Source: Podarcis bocagei (taxonomy: Eukaryota). Taken from it: a stretch of 64,000 nucleotides of DNA. The notes under the pieces are model-generated. The model was given only the letters and a program-made list of their open reading frames with translations, did not search any database and was not told the origin of the DNA. Position numbers and translations under genes: made by a program. Shown piece after piece: positions 10,401 to 25,300 of this stretch (its first letter is position 1; the number at the start of each line of letters is the position of its first letter). The stretch lies in the NCBI GenBank assembly GCA_964188305.1, contig OZ076892.1. One strand, 5' to 3'.

Positions 10401-13400
10401 GGGGGGGGGTTTTAGGGGGAAGTGGCCTCCTCCTCCTCCTGCGGGTGGGTTATCTATTTTATTGCATTTGTGTCTCCCCTTCCCATGAGCTCAAGGTGGC
10501 ATATACACGGTTCTCTCGCCTTCCTCATTAAAGCCACACAACAACCCTGTGAGGTAGCAGGTCAGGTAGAAGAAAGGTATGAGCTGTGGAGACTCTCACA
10601 GGGCACCTGAGGGTCCCCCGCACCCTGTTCCTGCAAGCATTAATTAATTAAACAGTTAACTAATTGAATTAATTTTGCCCCCACATACGCCCACTCCCAC
10701 TCCCATTTCGTTCTGTGGGTCTGGTGCCACTGCCGGTGCCACATAATGTCCCACTTGTAGGAAATAAATACTTTCAAGTGTGGGTTGTGCCCTGCCCATT
10801 GGAACTCCCTGCCTGTTGACGTCAAGCGGTGCCTTGACTGTATCCCTTTCGGCGCACCTTTCTTTGTAAACGGCTTGGAGGGTTGGCTTGTTGTTTTTGC
10901 AATCAAGCGGTGCATAATTTTTATGAATGGGAAAAAAAGAAAAGGAAAAAACATTCGGTCAACCCGGATGTGTAGAATGTTGACTGTGCATTTCGATCTG
11001 GTTTTGAGCTTATGACACAGTACATAATATATTATTTATGCAATATTAAAATTGAAGTGATTCTATAAATACAGTTATAAAACTTATGAGAATCTGTATT
11101 TATTATATAATTCTTAACAGTGACAGCATAAAAAGGGAGGAGCAACCAGCAGGATATCAAAAATACAAAGACAGTGAAAAAGTGCAATACCTTCTCTCAA
11201 AGATAGCTGTTAATCCTGGCCACCCATAGAAAATGGCAGACTGCCCTAGCTCATCTGTCAGTTGAACTAGGAACTGCACTTACAATTAACTATGGATATA
11301 TATATATATTTAAGCCAGCTCCAGAAACCTTTTGAAGTTGTCTTGTTTTAAACTAGCTATAGTTAATGGTCCATTTAACTTGAAGGATCACCTTGCCCCA
11401 TATGTGCTTACTTGACTGCTTCAATCTGCAGAGCTTGCACTTCTACAAGTGCCATATAATAATTGTTCTCCATCTGTTAGGAGTTTGTCTTTCAGCACAA
11501 CAGCACCTGTGCTTTGAAATGTATTGCCTATTAACATTGAGCAGGCACCCTTGCTACACTCCTTGATGCCTACTAAAAATGTTGTTATAACAATTCTATC
11601 CACAACTGGACCTAACGGTCAGGAGTACCTTTACCTTTTTTATATGTGAACTGGACCATTGTTTTGTGAAGTGATTTGAGCACTTGAAATACTTTGTATC
11701 AGGGATGAGGAACCTGCAGCCTTCCAAATTTTTCTAGATTAAATCTCCCATCATCTAGAGCTGATGGGCGCTTGGAGTCCGAATAACATTGGGGGGTCTA
11801 AAGGTTCTCATCCGTGTTCTGTATGAATGCTGAACAAAAGCTTCAAGACTTGGCACTACAGTATCTTCTTAAATGCTATGTTTTAACCTTTCTGTCTCTG
11901 ACTAGTTCATTCATTGTAGCATTGCAAAAACCAAGTACAAAGCTGCTCTGTGGCATTCAGATATTAATGGAGCTAAGGTCTACATGGTTGCATGTAGATT
12001 GGCTGGCTATACAAAGAAAGATACATTTTTTTCTAGTAACTGACACCATAAAAAATAAGCCTTAGGTCAATATTTTGGGTTCTATATATATATATCTTAG
12101 CTACATATCATTGGCTACATATTCATCAGTTTAATTGTTAAAAACTTTTGTAACCTGAAGTTGGCTAGCCTATTAGGGTATGTAGTGCAAGTTTATTTGT
12201 AATATTTAAACCAAGTCTATTTCCTGTGCTTTTCCTAGAATATGTAGAAAAGCCCTTAAAGCTGGTTTTAAAGGTGGGAGGAAATGAAGTCACGGAACTT
12301 TCCACTCAGAGCTCAGTACATGATTCAGCCCTATATGAAGACAAAAATGACCATGAAAAACACAAAGACAAGAAAAGGAAGAAGAGGAAAAAAGCAGAAA
12401 AGCAAGTTCCTGGAGAAGAAAAGGAAAAAAGAAAGAGAAAAGGAAAGGTAGCTTTCAGAGCAGTTGTTTTGGTTTTTTAACTTAAATCTTTTCCTTGTGA
12501 TAGATTGTCTTTGGCAGGCTTCTGCAACCTGGGGTCCTTCAAATGTTTGGGCTGGAGCTGATGGGAGTTGTAGTCCAAAACGTATGGTGGGCACCAGGTT
12601 GGTGAAGGTTGGTCTTCAGGATAGTCCTCCTCAATCCTTTGGAAAGACTTGGGATGCGGCATAAAGGGCTGAGTTGGGACTGTGGAATTAAAACAATGGG
12701 TAAAGGCACCTTGCACAAGCAGAATTGCATGTGCAGCTTTCCACTTGTGCAAATTTAGCCCATACCTCAAAGTTAAATCACCTCCTTTGCATGCAGAAGG
12801 CCCCTTGTTCAGTATTCAATTTTAAAAGGACCAGGTAATGGGAAAGACTGTATGCCTAAGACCCTGGAGAACCACTGCTGGTCAAGCTAGAGAATACTGG
12901 GCTAGATGGGCAACAGGCTGATCTGGTATAAGGCAGCTTCCTATGGAACACATCCTTTAATTATTAATAAGCTTGTCCTAACTTAGTGTGTCTTCCAGTA
13001 GGTGGAGACAGCACATAAAGAACATATTTGTAATGTTCCTTGTGTACCTTTAGTATACTTACAATGAATTTTCTCACTGAGTAAACAAATTGTAATCAGA
13101 TTTCCAGCCACTGGTATGGATACTTCTCTCAACAGTTTTGCTTATATTTTATGTCCACAGGATGATAAAAAGAAGCGAGATAGGGACCGGGGTGAAAGTG
13201 AAGGAGAAAGAGAACTGAAATGTCAGACTCCTCTAAGGCTAGACTTGCTACCTGAAAAACCATTGGCAAGCAGTTTGGCAAAACAAGAAGGTAGGAAAAA
13301 GCTGTTTTGTTGTTTCTTTTTGAGCTGTTAAGTAAGTTGATTTGTTCTGCCTTGCTTCTCAATTTATGATGTTGGCCACCTTAAGTGCTTTGTTGTTGAA

Positions 13401-14381
13401 GAGGAAAGCTGGAATATGAATCCTGAAAGTTTTAAAAAAAATTAAGACCAGTCTCTAAATAAGGCTGAAATAGCAGCAACACTGTAGCTATTAGTTCTCC
13501 CCGTTACTAACATGTAATTGGCCAAAATCTGAAAAACCGAAGTTTGCTTTCAAATTGTGGGCGGTTTCTTAATAGGCTGAAATGCTTCATGCGCCACTGT
13601 TTCTAAAATTAAAATAAATGTATGTTTGAAACTGTGATAAGAAAAACTTGAAACAGTCAGGAATACCCCACAAACATGGTCCAAAAAGTTATGGCAAGTG
13701 CATCCCATGGCTGGATGGGACACTTCTGTGGTCTTATTCTCTTGATGACAGGGTGATAGTGAGGCACACACCTGTCTTTGGCCATTGAGCCTCCCTGCTG
13801 AGCAGGTATGGCCAGAGTTAACTTTCCATCTCAGCTAGCTAAGCTGAAGAAGGGAGAAAGGCAGAAGTTCCAAAGGTGATTGAAGCAGCAGCTCTGAAAC
13901 AACCCCCTTGCTACGGCATAGGCAGAATTAGAATTGGGGAGCGCACCACCACCTATGGAAAAGGTCTAATTTCTTTGTAGTGTGCATAGTCCTTCCTGTC
14001 AGAGCAATTGAGAGAGCTAACCAGCTTATGGAACCTCATGCACAGAAAAAGTGTTGTTAACAGGAGAAAGCAACTCTTGATGTGTTTATTACCTTGCACA
14101 GCAGTACTTCATTTGAAAATATAGCATTTTCTATTTAGCATTTCTTAGGTGTGTGGGTGTGGGTGGGTGTGCACACGCGCATGCACTCTAGTTAATATTT
14201 TTCTTTCATCTTTTTGTCCTAGAAGTGGAACAGACGCCACTTCAAGAAGCATTGAACCAACTTGTGAGGCAGCTGCAAAGGTGAGTTCTTCTCAGACTCT
14301 GAGCATTTCTGATACTGCTAGTAGAAATTGCTAAAGACTAGAAAATGCTGTCTAATCAATGTGTTAATTTTTCTGAGCTGG

Positions 14382-14429
<48 letters not shown>

Positions 14430-16350
14430 CATGTGTTTGTGTTGCTATTACTATCAGCAACTGTAAAATCTGCCAAGCTAATGCATGTTGAACCCAAGTT
14501 CCTGCATCATCTTCCTTTAATAATGGTTTTCACTTTTAATCGTTAAATCTTTATTGAAGTGGTTCTAGAAAGTTACTGATAAATGGGTTGTGTTTCTGTA
14601 GTAGTTATGGAATATCTTGTAGCTTTTATGGGATCTTGGTTAGCGGTCTAAGTTTATCTTTCTCCAGAGGGCATTAAAGGTAAAGGGTAAAGGGACCCCT
14701 CACCATTAGGTCCAGTCGTGACCGACTCTGGGGTTGCGGCGCTCATCTCACTTTATTGGCCGAGGGAACCGGCGTACAGCTTCCGGGTCATGTGGCCAGC
14801 ATGACTAAGCCGCTTCTGGCGAACCAGAGCAGCACACGGAAACGCTGTTTACCTTCCCACCAGAGCGGTTCCTATTTATCTACTTGCACTTTGGCGTGCT
14901 TTTGAACTGCTAGGTTGGCAGAAGCAGGGACCGAGCAACGGGAGCTCACCCTGTCACAGGGATTCGAACCGCTGACCTTCTGATCGGCAAGTCTTAGGCT
15001 CTGTGGTTTAACCCACAGCGCCACCTGCGTTCAGAGGGCATTAGGTTCTCCTAATAGGAGAAATCTGTCTGACATATACTCTTGCTTAACCCATGTGAAC
15101 TTTTCTAGCCTCATAGGGAATTGTTCGTGTAACTTGACTACAGATTATATGAAGCATTGCTCCATTAGGGCAAAAAACATACTTTTTTTTAAAAGGAGTT
15201 TATCAGGGAAAGGGTGGAAGTAAGCAGTAGTTACTAGAGGAAGGTCAAATTAATTTTGACGATTCCAGGCCTATTCTTGCTTGTGGATTTGGCCAAAAGC
15301 TAGTGACAATCTTCTCAGTCAGTGCAGTTGAGTTATATGTATGATTCGTGACCGGCTTGGACAACTCATCTTTCATAGCTTTTAGGTATGTTGCATACCT
15401 ATGTGGACCAGAATGAGGATTTGATGGTTTCTTTCTTAGTTTTAACTTACACTTGGTGAGGCTTGGACTATTGATGTTTGAAGGCTTTGCTCTATGCATT
15501 AACACTGCTTGGGGTTTGGGGAATGCTGCCAGTCTTAAACAGGACCCTTCAATTGAAGGTGAGAGTCAGATTTTGCAAGCATTCAACGGCCTTGTAAAAT
15601 AGAATTGCTTTCCCTGCCATTGATATTATAATCCATTTTGGTGTTCTAAGGAGAGACAGAATGTGGCACCTGTGGTTTGGTTTAGAAATGTCAAACATGC
15701 TTTAAAAATAAAATCCCATCAAAAGTAAAATAAAATAAAATAAAATAAAAAGGGAGGGTGAGGCTGCTTCCAGGCAGCACCTCTACAACTTTAAAGAAAT
15801 GCAAGATTGTATTATTAGGGCAAAAGCTCTCTTGTTTCAGTTCAGTTCTGTGGTTTCTTTCAAGTTGGAGTCTCTTCTCTCCTATTTAATACTAAGCTCT
15901 GTCTGTTCTTTGTTATAGAAATGAAGCATAAAGGGCTCTTCTTTTCATTTCTTAACAGAAAGGATCCAAATGCTTTCTTTTCATTTCCTGTGACTGACTT
16001 CATTGCTCCTGGCTACTCCATGATCATTAAACGCCCAATGGATTTTAGTACCATGAAAGAGAAGATCAAGAACAATGGATACCAGTCCATAGAAGAACTA
16101 AAGGTGCTTTTAATTTATATTTTAACTGCAGAGGGGGGATTAGACGTTGACACTTGCTGGCACTAGCAATTGCATTGCGCAGGTTTTTTTCCAATATTTT
16201 ATTCATTTTGGGGCTGCACCTTCATAGTTTATGAACACATAGAATAAAAAATTGGCGCATCTGGCTTTCAGAGTTGTTCATTTGCTTTCTTTAGAGAAAG
16301 TCTTTGTGAATGTTTTCAAGAGACATTTTTCATGTTCCAGGGTGTTGGAA

Positions 16351-16381
<31 letters not shown>

Positions 16382-19300
16382 CAAGGAGAAAAGACTGAAC
16401 AGCAGAAGTACTTGATCTTTTAAAACAAGGATGTGAAATGAACCTGGTCATTAGTGCACCAGAGTAGTAAATAGTTATAGCCATAATTAAGTGACTCTTC
16501 ACCATTGTACTAATAAGGTTGAGGGTTTTTTGTGTTTAAGAGAACTACTTAAATCACAGAAGCATGTAAATATGTTTGTGTTGTTGTTGTTTTCTTGAGA
16601 AATGTAGGAAAGAAGCTTTAGCACACAGGACAGTAATAAGAATCCCTTGCGTTCTTCCAGAATGTAATACAATTGCATTACCGAAACAAATATTGTATAT
16701 ATTGACTCTCATCCCCCCCAAAAAAAAAAGTTTAGGAAATTTTAAAAAATGCAACTTGCCTCTTTCCTGCCTTATATAGCACTATATTTTAAAATGCCTG
16801 CCCCAACCTTTTATCCTTTTATTTGCATATTTTAAAGAAAAACACGTGTGATTCCCTTATTGCTGTTGTCATCCTGACAAAAAGAGCCCTCTGATCTCTT
16901 GGGAGTACTGTCTGCATTGAGCATTGCCTTTATCAGCACATTAATATGAAAAGTGTAAAGTCAGATGTCTGTCATAAGCATCTTTGGTCTCAGATCAAAT
17001 CTGTCATCTTTAACACACATCAACTGCTGGCCTAGTGTTTTGCAAACTAATATCTAAGTAAAAGGATACCAAACCCCAACCAGAGACTCAGCCTGTCACG
17101 CTTAAGAGCTTCGAGGCGGCAGAGAATGCAGGCCTGGTGCCTCTTCTGCCAGCTAGTGCAATGATTTCTTAGCCTGCCCTTTTCTTCTATCTGCAGTAGT
17201 ACTGTAGTTAGAGGTGGGTCAGGAGAGAGACTATTAGAACAGTGGAGTAAGCTAGAACCATGCTTCCTATCTGCATGTGCGCACACAGCAGTGCTGTCTA
17301 TGCATGTGTGTGCACACAAGCGTTGTTGCTAGGTTGGAACTTGGAAATCTTACTAATAAACTATATAGACTAACTTGCACCTGTATTATAATGCATTATT
17401 CCTTTATCCTCCATATTATGAGGATACTTTTTTTTAGCCAGGCAGAACAAACAGCACCTGCCATCTTGTCCACAGTACAAATTTCCATACATAAAGGGGC
17501 AGATATATTTTCTAGGAAACAATCCTGTAAGTTCCTACTAATGTGTCTTACTTCTTCTGTTGATACAGGAGAACTTCAAACTGATGTGTACTAACGCCAT
17601 GGTCTATAACAAACCAGAGACCATTTATTACAAAGCTGCTAAAAAACTCTTGCATTCAGGAATGAAAATACTCAGCCAGGTAACTGAATTAAGGAAATAA
17701 TTCAAGAGTTATTGGAGTTTTGTTGGCTTGTGTACGGTTTCATCATATTTCCATTTGTGTTTAATAGAGAAGAGGCCATTCTTTTCTAGCTAAAGGCTAA
17801 GTCATTGGGTTAATTCAATAAGTAGTTCTTTCTTCTTTATCTCTCCAAGAATAGTTCTAACTTAAAATTAAATTGTTTGCAAGTTATTTGTAATGGAACC
17901 CTACCTACTTGCTTGATCTTTCTTCCAAGGATCACTACGGCTGCAATCCTAAACACATGTATTAGGGACTAAGTATATTGAACTCAATGGGACTTACTTC
18001 CCTACACCCCATTTTTTCTCTTCACCTCTTACCTACCCAGTGGGCAGATGGGGGAAGCACAGAGCACACTCAACAGGAATCTGAACTGATAGCTTGTGGT
18101 AGGCTTTTCTCTCCATCTCCTTCCATTGCTAGCACACAGTGCTGCTATTCTAGAAAAAGAGATGCCAGAACTCACCATGAACACCTCCTTCATTCTTTTA
18201 GAATGGCAATGGTGCCCACCTGAGAGGTGCTGGAACTGAGTTCCTGTGAGTTCTCCCTGGGGAAAAAGCACTGCTAGTACAACTGCTTTTACAATATTTT
18301 ATTAGCTCAGAATGTGGACCTTCAGTTTGGGGAAAAAGACTGCAGGCTCTGCAAGGGTTCTGTGACAGCTTTGCAGCCTTCTTCCACCCTCTGAAGACCC
18401 CTTGTAACTGAAAGAAAAGCACTTAATAATTAGGCAGTTTTAAAATGGGGGACTCGCAAACGGTATGAAGTTTTAAACCTGCATGGTTTGTTTCCTTAGG
18501 AAAGAATCCAGAGCTTGAAACAAAGCATTGACTTCATGGCAGACCTTCAGAAGAGCAGGAAGCATAAAGATAAAACAGGTCTCCAGTCAGGTGAAGATGA
18601 TGATGGCTTTGGGAAAGATGCAGACTCCATGGACATAGACCTCAGAGCCTTTAAAACACCTAGCAAAGAACTCAAGAAGTAATTACTCTGCAAAGGGCTT
18701 ACGTATTTCTTTCATTTCATCAAAATTAGGAGCAGGCAGCTATCTCCAGTAGCTCTGAATAGGGATTAAACAAATACATGGAAGAAGACTGGTCTGTCAG
18801 TAGCACTTAGGCATGATGGCTACATGGAACACCTCTGTACAGAGGCATCTATAGGGATCTCCCATTTTTGGGTAGCCTTAGCCAAAGATCATAGTCACCA
18901 GTCCTATTCCACCACCATCCACATTTTTTTCTGAAGGAAAAGCACAAAATCTTCTGGCATTGGCACTCACCCACTTGCCTTTCCAGCTTCAGAGCAGGGA
19001 AAAGGCCAGTTGGTAGGAGTTGCTAGATTGACCATGCTTGGGTGCCTTTACCACACAACTGCCAATCAATCCTCAGCCAATCCTGGAGCTGGAGAGGCAG
19101 CAAGTGTTTGCTAGAACTGCCAGTGGACAACATTTATAGTAGAAGCTACAATAGTAAACACAATAGCGAGATACAATTTAATATAATGAAAACTATCCTA
19201 TTACAGAATTGACTTGTCTCTTCTTTCTTTTTGGTACTTATTTGCACTCCGATAAAACTTCAGGTTCAAATTATGTTGTCCTGTTGTATAAGACAAATTT

Positions 19301-22300
19301 TAGAAACATTTTGTTGTATCCAGATAATTTTACTCAAAACAAAGCCATTGAAATTAATGGACCTATATTAGTCACGTCCTCTAAGTTCAGTGGGACTATT
19401 TAGAAAACAAACATTGGAATACAGTCCCTTCTGCTTGAAATCATACTTTCAGACTCAAGGATGATGACATGCACAAGGAAGGAAGCAAGTTACTGGCAAA
19501 TGAATTCCACCTTCACTGCCAAATGTGCCACTTTATTTTAAACTGATGAAGAACTTCTTGGAATTTACCAGTTATTGACTGCACACATTCTAAAACAAAG
19601 TTTTAGACTTGGTGGTATTAAACCCTTTTTTTTGCTATCTTATATACTATGAAGGGGTACAGTAATGTATATAGTTATGGGGGTTTTTTTTGTCTCTCTT
19701 TAATGTATGTTTGTTTTCTAGGAAAGAGAAAGAGCTACTTGAAGAAAAAATAAGGAATAGTAATTTAGAGAGGGAACAAGAACTGATTGAACATATCATC
19801 AGAGAATCAGGAGGAAAGTTAACAAAAAGACCTGCTAATGCTCAGGTAAACGGAGAAAAGGATATGGATGATGCTCATTATCTAGAACACCATAACATAA
19901 GTTAAATACATTTCAGTCCCTTTCATTTGATGTTTCAATGATTGATGTGATTACAAATCTAAAGTCTCATAATATCCATTCATTGAAGCAATAAACAAAA
20001 CAGCCTGCTAAATTATGTATGACTCTGTCATCCTAGCTTTGTAGGCTGTGCACAAAAGACACATTTTAATGGCTTGATCTTTATTTCAGTGTGAGTTTGA
20101 AAGAAGAAAACCTGATGGCACAACCACCCTGGGACTTCTTAATCCAGCAGAAAATAACACAGGGGGTAATGCTTGCACTGAGTAATTTTAACAACCTTTC
20201 CCCTTGGTGGTGTGTATTACTGGTGGACTTCTACACTTAGTAGAGGTGCAGAGGAAGTCTCTTGAGGCTGTCCCACCTTCCTCCCGTGCTAGCGTTCCTT
20301 AGAATTCCCACTTCGCATCTGGCTGCTTCTGGTCCCTGCTTAAATGGTCCCTGTTTGAACAGTTAGCCCAGAGACAGTCAGAATGGGATGTCCTTCATGA
20401 GAATGCTGTTTGATTTAGGGAATAATGACCTAACATCTTGGAATATTCCATGGCATTTTTAAACAAATGCCTTCCAGAAGCATGATTCCTTATCTAGCAA
20501 AGATGGGGGACCTGTGCCTGCCCAGATGTTGCTTGACTTCCCATCCAGTATGCCCAGAGCTCAGGGATGAATGGAGTTGTAGTCCTGAGCCATCTGGAGA
20601 GTCTCAGGTTTCCCATCCTTGCAATATAGCTTAATAATTTCTATGCATAAGGTCCCAAATTCAGTTCCCTGCCTTCACCTGCTCAATTAAGTAAATTAAA
20701 ATAGATTAGCGTGGACATTTCTGTTTTAGGGTCGTTATTACAACTACCTTTTTCTTCCTTAGTGCATTTTTATGACTTATAGTTGAATCCAGGACAAAGG
20801 TGTTTTTAAGGGACTATTTTTCAGTGTTTATGCTCACAAAGGCTTTAGAAAAACCTAGTAAATACTCAGAAGGGAGATGTTGTGTGCATGTGGCTAACTT
20901 AAGTCCTATAACTTTCTTTTTGTTCATCTCTTGAGTGGTAGAACTCGGACATGGCTCTGCAAAGTTGGGTGTCACAGCTGGAAGACTGCAGTCAGGTGTA
21001 AATACGTTACAAGGGTTCAAAGAAGACAAAAGAAACAAAGTTACTCCTGGTAAGTGTGACTTCTAATTTATGCTTAGTGGTGCCCTTGAATGCAACAAGG
21101 CTGGCAGAAATTACTGTACTTTTCTCTCTATAACACACAGATTTTTTCTCCTAAAAAGTAAGGGGAAATGTCTGTGCGTGTTATTGAGCGAATGTGTGGT
21201 CCCTGGAGCCGACCCTCCTGAGCGCAGAGGCAAAAATCAGGCAAAAATCCAATCGCGCGCATCAGGGAGAAGGTTGCTCCGTGAGAGAGGAAGCTGTTGC
21301 TTTCCTGCATTCTGCCTCAAGGGTCTTACTGCCCACCCTCTTCTGTTTCGGTTGCTGTTTGCTCAAACGGAACAAAGAGCAGGCAAATCCCCTCCCCTCC
21401 AGGCAAGCAGAGGGGAAAGGAAAGGATCTCCGTGCTCCGGTGCTGCTGCATCCAGGGAAGCATTTTAGGGACTCGCAAGTAGCCGGAAAACATGCAGGTG
21501 GGAGAGAGAGAGAGGGGGCTGGCTTGGGTGGGTGTGTGTGGGAAAACTTTTGCCTTCCTTTCCTCCCTCCCATTAAATCCCTCTCCTGCATTCTTAGCCA
21601 GCTGCTTCTCTGCACACCCCTCTCGTGCTCATTCTCCCTTCTGTGTTTTTCCTTCCCTCCCCACTTAAAACGTGGTTACAAAGCACGGATCCACATGGAT
21701 CCTCAGGATCTTTGCATTGGGTCACCCCAAATTCACCATCAGATCACATTACATTCCCATGGCTACAGCCTGCACCAAAAAAATCACGCACCCACTGTTG
21801 CCTGGGGCTCCAATTGTGCAAAAAGTGGTTACAAAGCATGGATCCACATGGATCCTCAGGATCTTTGCATTGGGTCACCCCAAATTCACCATCAGATCAC
21901 ATTACATGCCCATGGCTACAGCCTGCACCAAACAAATCACGCACCCACTGTTGCTTGGGGCTGCAGTGGTGCAAAAACGTGGTTACAAAGCATAGATCCA
22001 CATGGATCCTCAGGATCTTTGCATTGGGTCACCCCAAATTCACCATCAGATCACATTACATGTCCATGGCTACAGCCTGCACACAAAAAATCACGCACCC
22101 ACTGTTGCCTGGGGCCACAGTGGTGCAAAAACGTGGTTACAAAGCACAGATCCACAGTGATTCTCAGGATTTTTGCATTGGGCTACCCCAAGCTCACCAT
22201 CAGATCACATGTCTGTGGCCACAGCATGAGGCACAAAAATGATACAGTGGTACCTCGCAAGACGAATGCCTCGGAAGACGAAAAACTCGCAAGACGAAAT

Positions 22301-25300
22301 AGTTTTTTGTTTTTTGAGTTGCTTCACAAGACGAATTTCCCTATGGGCTTGCTTCGCAAGACGAAAACGTCTTGCAAGTTTGTTTCCTTTTTCTTAAAAC
22401 CGCTTGAAGAGGTGCAGTTGCGACTTGACCGTGCTTTGCAAGACGAAAAATTCGCAAGGCGAAAAAACTCGCAGAACGAATTAATTTCGTCTTGCGAGGC
22501 ACCACTGTACATCCACTGTTTCATTCAGAATTTCCCTCCCTTGTTTTCCTCCTCTAAAAATGATGTGTGTGTTATGGTCAGGTGCATGTTATAGAGCGAA
22601 AACTACGGTACTCAGGTCAGCTATGAACCACTGACTGAGTGCCCTGTAGCCCTTGCTACGTTTAACTATGTCTAGGCATGTACTTACCGTATTTTTTGCT
22701 CTATAAGACTCACTTTTCCCCTCCTAAAAAGTAAGGGGAAATGTGTGTGCGTCTTATGGAGCGAGTGCAGGCTGCGCAGCTATCCCAGAAGCCAGAACAG
22801 CAAGAGGGATTGCTGCTTTCACTGCGCAGCAATCCCTCTTGCTGTTCTGGCTTCTGAGATACAGAATATTTTTTTTTCTTGTTTTCCTCCTCCAAAAACT
22901 AGGTGCGTCTTGTGGTCTGGTGTGTCTTATAGAGCGAAAAATACGGTATATGTTATCTGGAGGGGTGGAGCAGACAGATAACCTCTTTGAGTAGCCACAG
23001 GTGGAAACAGCCAGCCCTCTCCTCAACAGGCTGCAGCTGCCTCTGCCCAGGCACACCCTTCTTCTTTCCTAGAGGAAAAGAGCACTGGGAATTAAAGCTG
23101 AAATAAAGTATGAAAGTTAGAGGTTTGCTTAACTGTGCACTATTGTAAACAACCTTTTGAGAATTTTTGTAAAAGGTGGCCCAATTACTACAGGTGCCAC
23201 ATAATACCCGTTCCACATTTGTAAGAACTCTTATATTTAGTGTGACAGCACTAAACTCCCTGCCTCTTGTAATCAAGCAGGCGCCTTTACTATGCTCTTT
23301 TTTTGCGCCTGCTTAAAATGTTATTGTTCAGACAAGCCTACCTAGATGCTTCGAAAGTTGAGGTAAATTTAATCTGTTTTAGCATTTTAGCTTTTGGATG
23401 TTTTTAAGTATGGTTGTGATTTTCTTAATTTGATTTTATCTTTTTGCAAACTGCCTCGAGGTTTCTTTTAAAATCAGGCAGTGTATAAATTTTATGAAAT
23501 GAATAAATATTACATGCCAACATGTTTGCAAGTATAGTCACATATAGTACAACCTAGTCCTAAAATAGCAGGCCCTCGTTTAAACTACAGATTGTTTCAA
23601 TTCTATGGGATAACTAAGAACAGGTTTATTCTTTTAACAATTATTAGTTTTTGTTGTTGTAATTTGGTCTGTAGAGGATACCAGGCTGCCTAAGAGATTC
23701 GAAGCAGAATTTATGGCATTGGCAGCCTGAGCAATTTTAGCAGTCTCGTTCCTGTACTGCAGGGGTGGCCAACTCCCAAGGACTGGCAGTGATCTACCCC
23801 CTTTTGGGGGGTTCAGGTCAAAATTGTTCAGCTTTTTTTTAGGGAGGAGGAAAGCCCCGTTTTTTAGGGGTTCATGTCAAAGTTGTTGAGCTATTTAAAC
23901 AGCGTAATTGTGCAACATGATTTGTGTAAGAGACAACCAATGTGAACTTAGCTTCTAGGTGGTTTTTTCTCTCATAAATATTGAAAGCTATATATCAGAT
24001 CTCTTTATATCACCTAGTGCCTTCTGCAGTTGTTTGTGGTTGATGTACTAAAAACCCCATATAAAAAGGAGATTTTGCATATGTGGGAAATAAGTAGAAT
24101 CTATTGTATGACTTGGGCTATAAAAAAACAAAAGAGATTAGAGCTAAATATTTTGCTCATTTGCTACTTGGCAAGAGTTGTCGGTCCAGTCAGCAGAAAA
24201 CTGAATTGTTGCTAGCTTGCCGAAACAGAAGTTTTGTTGAACGATCACATCATATGCTTTGGCAGCTGCTAGAAAAGCTCAAAAGCTTTTAACGGTATAT
24301 GCACTAGACTGTTTGATCCCTGAAAATATATGGGATTTGTATCCATCATCAGAACAATTAAAAGCTTTACACATTATTAGTTTAGTCCTTAAAACTCAGC
24401 TAATCTGATCAGCTAACATAGATCAAAGCTGAATCTGGGTGATACCCAGTTGCGGTATCCCACTTGTCCAAATGCAGCTCTCTCCTCCCCTTTGCAACTC
24501 CCTGCAAATCAGGGATTTGCAGGATGTTGGGGGACCTTCTGGAGCAAGATGGGGAGCTGCATGGGGTGGAGAGGAAGGGGAAGTCCCCTCACATCTGCTG
24601 ATGCAATGTTGGATCTCGCTCTGTATCCACAGTCTTTTCTCTTTGCTGATGTATTCATTCTTGAGGCAAAACACAAATTGAATCACAGAAATTCACATCA
24701 CTTGATTCATTCAAGAGTTGAAACATATGACTTGAGGCTTTTATGATATCTACACTGTGTGGCATAATAATATTTTCACACTCTTATTTCAATATTGGGG
24801 CACTGCATATAGCCACATATGTACCTGTTAAACCAATTTGGATTTGCAAAAGCAGTTTTCTATGGGCATGCATGCTGGTTGAATCTGGGTTGACAAGCAA
24901 TTAATAGAAATGCCAGTTTTAATAAACCAGTGGTTATGGAATGTAGCTCTGGTGTGGTATGAATTCAGCAACCTAGTTGTGCAAGGTAAAAGTGGATAGG
25001 TTCAGACACAAGACTTGCACAACCTAGGTGGAGGGGATTGGTCAGAATTGTGGCAATACTAGGCACAATCTTTACCCATGTCACGATACTGTTGGACTAC
25101 AGATCCCATCATCTCTGAACATGTTGACTGGGGCTGGTAGGAGTTGTAGTATCTGGAGGACACCTAATTGGCTACCCCTGAATTATGCATTCTGTTCTCT
25201 TAGTTTGTTGTGTTTGTTAGGGCTTTGCTTCTCCCTAACAAACCAGGTTTAATAAGCAAACAGCAAACTCTGGCTTAAGGCTGGCTAGTGAGAATAAAAT

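Larger units (their letters stand above)
21114..22608. mobile_element. Non-autonomous pogo-like DNA transposon carrying a tandem array and a nested MITE
   Basis: TA-flanked termini CTGTACTTTTCTCTCTATAA / TTATAGAGCGAAAACTACGG, shared with the element at 22687-22946. Confidence 0.8.

Noticed and set aside
19461-19546. Box C (ATGATGA) ... box D (CTGA) spacing in BRD7 intron 7 suggesting a snoRNA
   Set aside because: No terminal stem or recognisable guide; such motif pairs arise by chance.
21667-22241. Regularly spaced repeats as a CRISPR-like array
   Set aside because: Whole 154-bp units are near-identical with no unique spacers; eukaryotic intron, no cas genes.
21194-22594. 466-aa ORF spanning the pogo-like element
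   Set aside because: It starts at GTG, reads the tandem unit in shifting frames and runs through a nested MITE. No DDE/HTH transposase motif is visible. It stays open because the repeat unit is stop-poor. Ribo-seq or proteomics would be needed to revive it.
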